From an uncultured Ruminococcus sp. (lineage in GTDB: Bacteria > Bacillota > Clostridia > Oscillospirales > Ruminococcaceae), in contig CANQWR010000006.1 in the NCBI GenBank assembly GCA_947627625.1, positions 11,571-75,570 on the forward strand: a DNA stretch of 64,000 nucleotides, given 5' to 3'. The notes beneath the pieces were generated by a model. The model worked only from the letters and a program-made list of their open reading frames with translations. It was not told the DNA's origin and ran no database searches. Position numbers and translations under genes: made by a program. Positions 9,740 through 19,238 of the stretch are shown piece by piece (position 1 is the stretch's first letter; each line of letters begins with the position of its first letter).

Positions 9740-10445
9740 TGGGGGGACACTGTTTTGTGGGGGGTTCTGCCCCCCGCCAAAGGGGGAAAGCCCCTTTGGA
9801 AACCCGTGATTAGACATTCAGTTTTCATTCATACCAAAATTTAGTTCAGAGAGGGAATTTCTCTGTCCCAATTTTTTCCTCTGTGGGAATAATTATGGGG
9901 GGTTCGGGGGCGGGGTATGGGGTGTCCCCATTTTCAAATTTCCCCCCGACGGGGGTTTGGGGGCAGAGCCCCCAATGGGGGGTTCAGGGGGCAAAGCCCC
10001 CTGCCCCTAATCGTTCTAATTAAAATTTGCACAGTCCTCAACGGTCCAACAATATAACACAAAATTCCAAAAAAAATATAATTTTAAGAAAATTATTTTT
10101 TGAGGCAACGCCCCCTGTCCCTAATCTTTCTAATTAAAATTTGCACAGTCCTCAACAGTCTACAAATTAAAAAAATCTCCAAAAAAATATAATTTTAAGA
10201 AAATTATTTTTTGGGGCAACGCCCCTGCCCCTAATCGTTCTAATTAAAATTTGCACAGTCCCCAACAGTCCACAAATTAAAAAATCTCAAAAAAAATATA
10301 ATTTTAAGAAAATTATTTTTTGTGCAAAGCCCCTGCCCTAATCGTTCTAATTAAAATTTGCACAGTCCCCAACAGCTTACAAATCAAAGAAATTTCCAAA
10401 AAATATAATTTTAAGAAAATTATTTTTTTGGGCAAAGCCCCCCAC
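9740..10445 (+). repeat. GC-rich palindromic repeat, copy 5, with four tandem ~110-bp units
   Basis: Units start near 9996, 10110, 10221 and 10329 (CCCTAATCGTTCTAATTAAAATTTGCACAGTCC...AAAAATATAATTTTAAGAAAATTATTTTT). Confidence 0.9.
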
Positions 10446-10486
10446 AAAACAGCGTTCCCCACAAGCAACGTCCACAGTTTTTAAGT

Positions 10487-11320
10487 CTATTTTGCAACAG
10501 GTCTGATGCTGTTTTTAATCATCTCTATTTTTTTGTACTTTTTGTACTCCGCAACACTGTCGCTTTTTCGGTACTCGTCCTGCCTGAAAAATATTGACAT
10601 ACTGAGGGCGTATGCGGACATAAATTCGGGAAAAGTCCACAAGAGCGGCAGCAGAAAAACGGACGGCAATGTGTAGAATATGACAAGTCTGAGCAGGAGA
10701 CTCTTTCTGCCCTTTGTAAAGCGGAACGCACGGAATACTGTCGAGAGGGCGTTTTTGGACCTGTCCCTTGCGAGCAGAAACGGCACGCAGGTCATTGTGA
10801 GTTTCACCGACAGCCAGAATAAAATCAACAGAAAACTGAGTGCAAGCAGGTGAATACAGCCCGATAGATTTTCGTCTGAAAAACTCCGCACGGCAAGTAT
10901 GACCGTCACAACGGCGGGAGAAATTGCCAACAAACTGACGATTTTTGTGAGGATTTCTGAGGAAATACTCCTCCCGACAGCTTTTGAATTTGTGAGAATG
11001 ACCGAGACGGGAGTATATATTTTTCTTGACTCACAGCAAATTTCGTTCAGCCTGACAGCCCTTGCGTATTTGAGAGGAGCGGTAAAAATCCACTTCATAA
11101 GCAGAATTGTCACCGAAATAGCCGAAATCAGAAGCCCCCTGTCACGGATGATTTCAACTGGTTTTCTGTCGGAGAAGTATAAAATCATACTGAAAACGGA
11201 GGTCTCCATGAAGTTAAAAAGAAGACCGACAGTTACGGGCAGGAGACAAATCAGCATAACCCCCGCCCGCCTGTTTTTGATAAGTCTTTTTGAGTACCGC
11301 ACTATTTCCCTTATTTTCAT
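10487..11320 (-). CDS. Hypothetical integral membrane protein (DUF975-like)
   Basis: Several TM segments; family assignment tentative. Confidence 0.6.
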   Translation of the reverse strand: MKIREIVRYSKRLIKNRRAGVMLICLLPVTVGLLFNFMETSVFSMILYFSDRKPVEIIRDRGLLISAISVTILLMKWIFTAPLKYARAVRLNEICCESRKIYTPVSVILTNSKAVGRSISSEILTKIVSLLAISPAVVTVILAVRSFSDENLSGCIHLLALSFLLILFWLSVKLTMTCVPFLLARDRSKNALSTVFRAFRFTKGRKSLLLRLVIFYTLPSVFLLPLLWTFPEFMSAYALSMSIFFRQDEYRKSDSVAEYKKYKKIEMIKNSIRPVAK

Positions 11321-11408
11321 AAACTCACGCCCCTGATATATTCTGAATTTATTATGTGAAGATTAGTTCGGAATATACGGTTTCAGACAAATTACCCATC
11401 GTGTTTTC

Positions 11409-11801
11409 TTAATGGGAAGAGAGAAATAAAATAAAGAAAAAGAAAGCGACAAAAATCGCAAGTGAAGTTGTACATCCAATTACTCCTTTTTTTGCTCTGA
11501 CTGAAAAAAGACCATTGCACTGTTCACATCTTTGTGCTGAAAGTGGATTTTTTGCACCACATTTAGCACAAGTCCAAGATAGACGGCTGTTGTGTACAAC
11601 TTTTTTTGGTTTTTCTACAGGATTTTCTCTTTTTTCCTCCCCAACAGGTTTATTATCTTCTCCAAACTTAATATAATCTAATTTGCAATCGGCGGTTCTG
11701 TGAGCATTGCAGTATATGCAAACGTCTACATCAAGTTTGTTAAAACTGTTACAGTATTGACAAACCCAAGCTCGTGGCTCTTTTGTTTTTATATCTCCCA
11801 T
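11409..11801 (-). CDS. Protein with two RanBP2-type zinc fingers and a C-terminal TM anchor
   Basis: WVCQYCNSFN-x6-CIYC and WTCAKCGAKN-x6-CEQC match W-x-C-x2-C-x3-N-x6-C-x2-C. Confidence 0.75.
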   Translation of the reverse strand: MGDIKTKEPRAWVCQYCNSFNKLDVDVCIYCNAHRTADCKLDYIKFGEDNKPVGEEKRENPVEKPKKVVHNSRLSWTCAKCGAKNPLSAQRCEQCNGLFSVRAKKGVIGCTTSLAIFVAFFFFILFLSSH

Positions 11802-11831
11802 AGCAATAAATCACCTTATCATATTTTAATT

Positions 11832-11916
11832 TTGGGTTTCCAAAGGGGGTTTTTAACCCCCTTGCAGGGGTTCGGGGACGGAGTCCCCGGCGGGGGTTTG
11901 GGGGCAGAGCCCCCAA
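11832..11916 (+). repeat. Short GC-rich palindromic repeat, copy 6
   Basis: GGGTTTCCAAAGGGG...GGGGCAGAGCCCCC modules. Confidence 0.75.
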
Positions 11917-11927
11917 TAATGATTAAA

Positions 11928-14900
11928 TCATTCCATATCGGCGTGGTGGGCTTGCAGAGACTTGACACCTGTGTGGGTGTTCTGCTTGAGAGCCTTAATT
12001 CCCTCCGCACTCGCCTTTGCCGCAGCCATAGTGGTGATATAGGGAACACGGTGCTTTATAGCGGATTTTCTGATATAGCTGTCGTCATAGATACTCGTTT
12101 TTCCTGCGGGAGTATTTATAATAAGCTGGATTTCGCCGTTAGCGATCTCGTCGGCAATATTAGGTCTGCCCTCGTAGATTTTGAAAATCTTTTTACAGGG
12201 AATACCTGCATTTTTAATCATCTCGTAGCTTTTGCCTGTTGCGAGAATATTGAAACCGAGTTCATTGAAAGAACCCGCTATTTTGAGAAGTTCGGGCTTG
12301 TCTCTGTCGCAGACACTCAAAAGAACCGTACCCGATTCGGGGAGTCTTATCTGAGTAGCCTCCTGAGCCTTGTAATAAGCCTCACCGAAAGATTCCGATA
12401 TACCCAGAACTTCACCTGTGGAACGCATTTCAGGACCGAGGAGGGGATCAACTTCAGGGAACATATTGAACGGAAAAACAGCTTCTTTTACGCCGTAGTG
12501 GTTTATTTTTCTGTCTTTTAGTTCGGGGACGGGTGACGGCTTGCCCGTGAGCATAGAGACTATAATTTCGGTTGCAAGTCTCACCATGTTTATATCGCAG
12601 ACTTTTGAAACAAGGGGAACAGTCCTTGACGCACGGGGGTTAGCTTCAAGTACATAGACAGTATCGTCCTCAATAGCGTACTGCATATTCATAAGACCTT
12701 TTACGTTCATTTCTGTGGTGATTTTTCTTGTGTAGTCTTTTATAGTGTCAATCTGTTTCTGAGTGAGATTTTTAGAGGGGAGTATACAAGCGGAGTCGCC
12801 CGAGTGGACACCTGCAAGTTCAATGTGTTCCATGACAGCGGGAACGAAACAGTTCTCACCGTCCGAGACGGCGTCTGCTTCACACTCCGTAGCGTGATTG
12901 AGAAATCTGTCTATTAAAATAGGTCTGTCGGGGGTGACACCCACAGCGTTTTCCATGTAGACTTTCATCATGTCGTCATCGTGGACAATTTCCATACCAC
13001 GACCGCCGAGAACGTAAGACGGGCGAACCATGACAGGATAACCTATTTTTTTGGCGATTTCGAGAGCTTCCCCGACTGTCGAAGCCATACCCGATTCGGG
13101 CATAGGGATATTTAACTTGTCCATCATAGCACGGAAGTGGTCACGGTCTTCAGCGAGGTCAATAGTTTCGGGGGTAGTTCCGAGAATATTCACGCCGTAT
13201 TTTTTCAGGTCACTTGCAAGGTTCAGAGGGGTCTGCCCGCCGAACTGTGCAATAACACCGAGAGGTTTTTCCTTTTCGTGGATACTTAGAACGTCTTCAA
13301 GGGTGAGGGGTTCAAAGTAGAGTTTGTCGGAGGTGTCGTAGTCAGTGGAGACAGTTTCGGGGTTGCAGTTTATAATAATTGATTCAAAACCGAGTTTTTT
13401 GATAGCAAGTGAGGCGTGTACACAGCAGTAGTCAAATTCGATACCCTGACCGATCCTGTTAGGACCACCGCCGAGTATTAAAATTTTGGGTTTGTCCGAG
13501 ACAGGGCTTTTGTCCTCACTCAGATGATAAGTAGAGTAGTAGTATGCGGAGTTCTCCGTACCGCTTACGTGAACGCCCTCCCAAGCCTGTTTTATGCCGT
13601 ATTCAAGTCTCTTTTCACGGATTTCCTGTTCTGGAATTTCAAGAATATTGCTGAGATACCTGTCTGAAAAGCCGTCAAGTTTAGCCTGTCTGAGGACTTC
13701 TTTTTCGGGGAGACTGCCCTTGTTTTTCAGGAGACTTTCCTCCTCCTGAACGAGTTCAAGCATCTGTTCAAGAAAATAGTGCTTGATTTTTGTAATTTCA
13801 TATATTTCTTCAATGGCAGCACCTTTGCGGAGGGCTTCATACATGATAAACTGTCTCTCACTTGTCGGGTATCGCAACATTTTAAGGAGTTCCTCTTTGG
13901 GGAGTTCGTGGAAATTTTTTGCAAAACCGAGACCATAGCGACCTGTTTCGAGACTTCTGACAGCCTTCTGGAAAGCCTCTTTGTAAGTTTTGCCGATACT
14001 CATGACTTCCCCGACAGCCTTCATCTGAGTACCGAGTTTGTCCTCTGCACCCTTGAATTTTTCAAAAGCCCAGCGGGCAAATTTTATAACAACATAGTCG
14101 CCGTCGGGGACGTATTTATCGAGAGTTCCGTATTTACCACAGGGAATTTCGTCAAGAGTGAGACCACAGGCGAGCATAGCGGAGACGAGTGCAATCGGGA
14201 AACCTGTAGCCTTTGAAGCGAGTGCGGAGGAGCGTGAGGTGCGGGGGTTTATCTCTATGACAACTATTCTGCCTGTTTCGGGGTCTCTTGCAAACTGACA
14301 GTTGCAACCGCCTATGACCTGTATGGACTCTATGATTTTATAGGACATCTCCTGCAATTCTTTCTGTACATCTTCGGGAATAGTCAGCATGGGAGCGGAA
14401 CAGAAAGAATCTCCCGTGTGTACGCCTATGGGGTCAATATTTTCAATAAAGCAGACCGTAATTTTGTTGTTAGCCGAATCACGGACCACTTCGAGTTCAA
14501 GTTCCTCCCAGCCGAAAATGCACTCCTCAACAAGGACCTGACCGACAAGAGAAGCCTGCAGACCTCTTGCACAGACTGTGCGGAGTTCGTCGACGTTGTA
14601 GACCATTCCGCCGCCTGCACCGCCCATAGTGTAAGCGGGACGGAGTACAACAGGATATTTGAGTTTTTCGGCAATTTTAACAGCTTCGTCAACTGAATAG
14701 GCGACTTCACTCTTGGGCATTCCTATACCGAGAGCAGTCATAGCGTTTTTGAATTCAATTCTGTCCTCTCCACGCTCAATAGCGTCCACCTGCACGCCTA
14801 TGACCTGAACGCCGTATTTTTTGAGTACTCCCGCCTTGTCGAGTTCCGAACAGAGATTGAGACCCGACTGTCCGCCGAGATTGGGCAAAAGAGCGTCGGG

Positions 14901-15146
14901 ACGCTCTTTTTCTATAATCTGCGTGAGCCTTGCGAGGTTGAGAGGTTCAATGTAAGTAGTGTCGGCGATGTCGGGATCTGTCATTATAGTTGCGGGGTTT
15001 GAGTTTACAAGAACTATCTTGTAGCCGAGTTTTCTGAGAGCCTTGCAAGCCTGAGTGCCGGAGTAGTCAAACTCACAAGCCTGTCCGATAATAATAGGAC
15101 CTGAGCCTATTATCATAATTTTGTTGATGTCCTGTTTCTTTGGCAT
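11928..15146 (-). CDS. carB: Carbamoyl-phosphate synthase large subunit
   Basis: MPKKQDINKIMIIGSGPIIIGQACEFDYSG, duplicated ATP-grasp domains, MGS domain; RBS precedes ATG 15146. Confidence 0.98.
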   Translation of the reverse strand: MPKKQDINKIMIIGSGPIIIGQACEFDYSGTQACKALRKLGYKIVLVNSNPATIMTDPDIADTTYIEPLNLARLTQIIEKERPDALLPNLGGQSGLNLCSELDKAGVLKKYGVQVIGVQVDAIERGEDRIEFKNAMTALGIGMPKSEVAYSVDEAVKIAEKLKYPVVLRPAYTMGGAGGGMVYNVDELRTVCARGLQASLVGQVLVEECIFGWEELELEVVRDSANNKITVCFIENIDPIGVHTGDSFCSAPMLTIPEDVQKELQEMSYKIIESIQVIGGCNCQFARDPETGRIVVIEINPRTSRSSALASKATGFPIALVSAMLACGLTLDEIPCGKYGTLDKYVPDGDYVVIKFARWAFEKFKGAEDKLGTQMKAVGEVMSIGKTYKEAFQKAVRSLETGRYGLGFAKNFHELPKEELLKMLRYPTSERQFIMYEALRKGAAIEEIYEITKIKHYFLEQMLELVQEEESLLKNKGSLPEKEVLRQAKLDGFSDRYLSNILEIPEQEIREKRLEYGIKQAWEGVHVSGTENSAYYYSTYHLSEDKSPVSDKPKILILGGGPNRIGQGIEFDYCCVHASLAIKKLGFESIIINCNPETVSTDYDTSDKLYFEPLTLEDVLSIHEKEKPLGVIAQFGGQTPLNLASDLKKYGVNILGTTPETIDLAEDRDHFRAMMDKLNIPMPESGMASTVGEALEIAKKIGYPVMVRPSYVLGGRGMEIVHDDDMMKVYMENAVGVTPDRPILIDRFLNHATECEADAVSDGENCFVPAVMEHIELAGVHSGDSACILPSKNLTQKQIDTIKDYTRKITTEMNVKGLMNMQYAIEDDTVYVLEANPRASRTVPLVSKVCDINMVRLATEIIVSMLTGKPSPVPELKDRKINHYGVKEAVFPFNMFPEVDPLLGPEMRSTGEVLGISESFGEAYYKAQEATQIRLPESGTVLLSVCDRDKPELLKIAGSFNELGFNILATGKSYEMIKNAGIPCKKIFKIYEGRPNIADEIANGEIQLIINTPAGKTSIYDDSYIRKSAIKHRVPYITTMAAAKASAEGIKALKQNTHTGVKSLQAHHADME

Positions 15147-15240
15147 ACTTTTCTCCTCTGAAATTATTTTTTTATTTTTTGTTTTTAATATAATATAATA
15201 ATCATAGCATATTTTCATTTGGAATGCAATAGAAAAAAGA

Positions 15241-15275
15241 AAAAAACTGCCGGAGCAGTCCGACAGTTTTTATTT
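15241..15275 (-). terminator. Rho-independent terminator
   Basis: AAAAACTGCCGGA-GCAG-TCCGACAGTTTTT. Confidence 0.75.
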
Positions 15276-15285
15276 TTAATTTAAT

Positions 15286-16539
15286 TTACAGTTTATCAAT
15301 GACACCCGCATCCCATTTTTGAATTTGCAGAGCATCGTTAGTGTTGACACCGTTTCCGTCTCCTATAATGTCAGCGTTTTTCAAGCCCTGCTCCGTGAGG
15401 GGGTACTCGTCCGAATTTGCAAGGTACTGCAAAATCGCAACGGCATCGGCAATGGTGACAACGCCGTCCTCGTTTGCATCGCCCTTGAGGTCTTTTGTTG
15501 TTTCGGTCGTAGTGGTCTCAGTTTCGGTTGTGGTGGTTTCGGTTTCGGTCGTTGTTGTCTCCTCCGTGGTGGGCTGCTCTTCAATAAGCCTGAACTCTCT
15601 GCCATACTTTTCTGCATAGAACTGCGCCGTTGAGTTTTCGTGGCCGTAAATAACAGCCGTACCGCTTATTGTGTCAGCACTGTCCTTAATGTCGCAGTAT
15701 GGATTTTCTATTGTGATAGATTCAAGGCTTGTACAATCGTGAAAAGCCACAGCATCAATTGCTTCAACAGATTCAGGAACAGTCACTGACGTGAGACTTG
15801 AACACTCCTCAAAGGCGTGTGCTTGTATTTTTTCCAAAGAATTGGGAATATTTATTGATGTAAGCCCTGAACAGCCTTCAAAAACATTATAGCCCATTTC
15901 TGTTACAGAATCAGGGATAGTTATTGACGTAAGGCTTGAACAATAACCAAAAGCGTAATCTTTGATTGATTCAACAGAATCAGGAATAGTTACTGATGTA
16001 AGGCTTGAACACCCCCAAAAAGCACTCTCTCCTATTTTTGTAGCCGAACTTGAAATAGTTACCGACTCAAGACCTGAACAATTGTAAAAGACTTTATTTT
16101 CCACTCCGGTAACAGAATCAGGAATAGTTATTGACTTAAGGCTTTCACAACCATAAAAAGCACGATTTTCTATCGTATTAACGGCATCGGGAATGTTTAT
16201 TGATGTAAGACCTGAACACCCAAAAAAAGCATCGGCGTCTATTTTCGTAACAGAATCAGGGAGAGTTACTGACGTAACATTTGAACAACGGCTGAAGCCC
16301 CCTACTCTTGTAACAGGTAAATCCTCAATTTTTTCGGGGATAACTATTTCTCCGCTTGCCAACTGGATACACTTTGTTATTGCTACATAGTCGTTGTATA
16401 CGCTGTACTCCAACATCTGGTACTTTCCGGTAGTGACGGCATTTGCGGTCAGGCTTGTCTGCAGTGCAGGGGCTGTGTAGTAAGCACCTGCCGAGAGTGC
16501 AACAGCACCCGTGAGAACAAACGACATAAATTTTTTCAT
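15286..16539 (-). CDS. BspA-type leucine-rich repeat (LRR_5) protein with dockerin
   Basis: Signal peptide; repeats of the form LTSITIPDSVT-I---AF-GC; Thr linker; GDANEDGVVTIADAVAILQYL dockerin. Confidence 0.92.
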   Translation of the reverse strand: MKKFMSFVLTGAVALSAGAYYTAPALQTSLTANAVTTGKYQMLEYSVYNDYVAITKCIQLASGEIVIPEKIEDLPVTRVGGFSRCSNVTSVTLPDSVTKIDADAFFGCSGLTSINIPDAVNTIENRAFYGCESLKSITIPDSVTGVENKVFYNCSGLESVTISSSATKIGESAFWGCSSLTSVTIPDSVESIKDYAFGYCSSLTSITIPDSVTEMGYNVFEGCSGLTSINIPNSLEKIQAHAFEECSSLTSVTVPESVEAIDAVAFHDCTSLESITIENPYCDIKDSADTISGTAVIYGHENSTAQFYAEKYGREFRLIEEQPTTEETTTTETETTTTETETTTTETTKDLKGDANEDGVVTIADAVAILQYLANSDEYPLTEQGLKNADIIGDGNGVNTNDALQIQKWDAGVIDKL

Positions 16540-16571
16540 ATAAAAAACTCCTTGTGAATTATTTTAGTAAC

Positions 16572-16606
16572 ATTGTAACAAAAAAAAAAAAAAAAAAAAA
16601 AAGCAA
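16572..16606 (-). promoter_or_regulatory. Promoter with a poly-T(23) spacer
   Basis: Minus strand TTGC-T23-GT-TACAAT. Confidence 0.8.
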
Positions 16607-16701
16607 GTCGTTTTTTATACAAACTTTACAAATAATTTTTGGATATTTCTGACAAAAATAAACAAAAAACCGCCGAAAAAAATTCCCGGCGGTCGGCTTT
16701 G

Positions 16702-17694
16702 TCAGTCCTGAGCGATAATTTCCTTGTAAAATTCGGCGTAGTCCTTTCTGCCCTGCTTTGTGAACTCAATAGCGGTCCGGGGGTGCTGATTGAGCAGACC
16801 TGTCATGAGATACTGGAAATCATAACCCCATACTGCCCCCGCCTCACGGACCTGCGGCATATATTTTTCTATGAACTGTATAGCAGGATAGATGTTATAT
16901 TTGGGATTTTTCAGGAAACCGAGGAGGAGTTCCATAGAGCAGTTGCCTGCACCTCTGCCCATTCCCGAGTAAGTAGCGTCAAGCCAGTCAACACCGTCTC
17001 CGACAGCCTCAATAGTATTTGCAAAGGCGAGCTGTTGGTTGTTGTGGGCGTGTATACCGAGTTTTTTTCCGTACTTTTCAGCCATTTCGCCGTAAAGGGA
17101 GGCTATTCTTGCGATCTGTTCGGGGTAGAGAGCACCGAAGCTGTCCACTATGTAGAACACGTCAACAGGGGACTTTCCGAGAATATCGAGAGCCGTCCTC
17201 AGATCGCCCTCCTGAGCGTTTGATATAGCCATTATGTTACAGCTGACTTCATAGCCCTTTGATTTTGCATCCTCGATCATATCGACAGCCGTGGGGATCT
17301 GGTGGAGGTAAGTAGCCACACGCACAAGGTCAATAGGGCTTTCCGAGCGTTTTATAATGTCTTTCTTGTAACTGCATCTTCCGACATCAGCCATCACAGC
17401 TATTTTCAGGTCTGTGTTGTTTTCGCCGACTATCGAACGGATATAGTCGTCATCACAGAATTTGCACGGACCGAATTTAGTCTCGTCAAAAAGTTCCCTG
17501 TCGCCCTTGTAGCCGAACTCCATGTAGTCCACACCCGAGCGGAGATTGGCGTTATAGAGAGCCTTTACAAATTCGTCCGAGAAGTAGAAGTCGTTCACGA
17601 GACCGCCGTCACGGAGCGTTGCGTCTATGACCTTTATTCCCGGTCTGTAGTCCATAAGTTTGGAAATTTCTTTCATAATTTCAAATCCTTTCAT
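16702..17694 (-). CDS. HMGL-like (DRE-TIM) aldolase/lyase family protein
   Basis: DATLRDGG, GIHAHNN and GMGRGAGN motifs. Confidence 0.85.
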   Translation of the reverse strand: MKGFEIMKEISKLMDYRPGIKVIDATLRDGGLVNDFYFSDEFVKALYNANLRSGVDYMEFGYKGDRELFDETKFGPCKFCDDDYIRSIVGENNTDLKIAVMADVGRCSYKKDIIKRSESPIDLVRVATYLHQIPTAVDMIEDAKSKGYEVSCNIMAISNAQEGDLRTALDILGKSPVDVFYIVDSFGALYPEQIARIASLYGEMAEKYGKKLGIHAHNNQQLAFANTIEAVGDGVDWLDATYSGMGRGAGNCSMELLLGFLKNPKYNIYPAIQFIEKYMPQVREAGAVWGYDFQYLMTGLLNQHPRTAIEFTKQGRKDYAEFYKEIIAQD

Positions 17695-17820
17695 TGCTTT
17701 AATACTTTACAGAATAAAATTATATCATATTTTTTTTGATTTGTCAAGGGTTTTTCTTGACAAACGGAAAAAGCCGTGATATAATAAAAGTATAAAATTT
17801 CAGATTCGGAGGATATTATC

Positions 17821-19143
17821 ATGAAAAAATTTATGTCGTTTGTTCTCACGGGTGCGATTGCCCTGTCAATGGGTGTTTTCTGTCCTGCTTCTGCTTTTTC
17901 AACAGTTGCGGAGGAAAATGTTGAAAATGATTTCACTGAGGTCACTTACGAAAATGTGAAATACAAAAAATATGCAGACCATGTTGAAGTTGGTGAGAAC
18001 ATTAGTAATAAGGAATTAACGGAAGTTGTTATTCCTGCTGAAATAGACGGTTTGCCCGTTAAGGTTATTGGTGATGGTGCTTTTTTATCTTGTGACGCTC
18101 TCAAATCAGTATCTATCCCAGATTCTGTTACATCAATAGAAAGTTATGCTTTTTCTTGTTGTTCAAACCTTACAGCCATAAACATACCTGATTCTGTGAA
18201 CTTTATTAGTATGTACGCTTTTTCCAGATGTGGAAGTCTTAAATCAGTGACTATCTCTAATTCGATTACATCTCTTAGTTGGGGTGTTTTTGCAGGCTGT
18301 TCAGGACTAACATCAATAGTCATACCTGATTCTGTTACCGAAATTGAACAAAATGCTTTTATAAATTGTTCAGGTCTCAAATCGGTGACTATTCCTAATT
18401 CTGTTACGACAATTGGCGTTAATGCTTTCATGTATTGTACAAGCCTTGAAACAGTGGAGATACCCGACTCTGTTACACGAATTGAATATTCTGCTTTTGA
18501 AGGCACCCCTTGGCTTGAGAAAAAGCGAAAAGAAGGCTCTTTCTTTATAGTGAATGACCTTTTAGTAGATGGCAATAACTGTGAGGGGGATATTATTATT
18601 CCTGATTCTGTTACGAAAATTGGTCAAAATGCCTTTTCGGGTTACGAAAATCTTGAATCAGTAACTATCCCTGCTTCTGTCACGGAGATAGGAGAGAGTG
18701 CTTTTTCATATTGTGCAAATCTTAAATCAATTACAATAGAGAACCCGGAATGTGAGATTTACGATAATTCATTTACTATATCCAATACTTCAGAATTTAA
18801 GCCTCTCTCGCCTTTACCCGATGGAGTTTTCAACGGCACGATTTACGGCTATCCAAACTCAACCGCACAGGCATACGCCGAAAAGTATGGCTATAAATTT
18901 GAAACCATAGGCGAACAGCCCCCCACAGAGGAGACAGAAGCCCTCAAAGGCGATGCGAACGGCGATAACTCCGTGACTATTGCGGACACTGTTGCTATTT
19001 TGCAGTACCTCGCAAACCCGGACGAGTACCCCCTTAGTGAACAGGGTGCGAAAAATTCGGACGTTCTGGGCGATGACGGCGTGAACACCGAGGACGCTCT
19101 CCAGATTCAGAAACTCGATGCAGGCGTGATTGACAAATTATAA
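17821..19143 (+). CDS. BspA-type LRR protein with dockerin
   Basis: Signal peptide, LRR_5 repeats, C-terminal dockerin; ordinary TTGACA-17-TATAAT promoter at about 17757-17785. Confidence 0.92.
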   Translation: MKKFMSFVLTGAIALSMGVFCPASAFSTVAEENVENDFTEVTYENVKYKKYADHVEVGENISNKELTEVVIPAEIDGLPVKVIGDGAFLSCDALKSVSIPDSVTSIESYAFSCCSNLTAINIPDSVNFISMYAFSRCGSLKSVTISNSITSLSWGVFAGCSGLTSIVIPDSVTEIEQNAFINCSGLKSVTIPNSVTTIGVNAFMYCTSLETVEIPDSVTRIEYSAFEGTPWLEKKRKEGSFFIVNDLLVDGNNCEGDIIIPDSVTKIGQNAFSGYENLESVTIPASVTEIGESAFSYCANLKSITIENPECEIYDNSFTISNTSEFKPLSPLPDGVFNGTIYGYPNSTAQAYAEKYGYKFETIGEQPPTEETEALKGDANGDNSVTIADTVAILQYLANPDEYPLSEQGAKNSDVLGDDGVNTEDALQIQKLDAGVIDKL

Positions 19144-19238
19144 TAATAAAAATAATAAATTTTCATAAAATTCCCCCTTGATTTTTATGCCGATATATTG
19201 TATAATCAGAGTATAAAAAAATCAAGGGGGCGTTTTTT

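Noticed and set aside
9996..10445. Tandem ~110-bp units as a CRISPR array
   Set aside because: The intervening segments are homologous to each other rather than unique spacers
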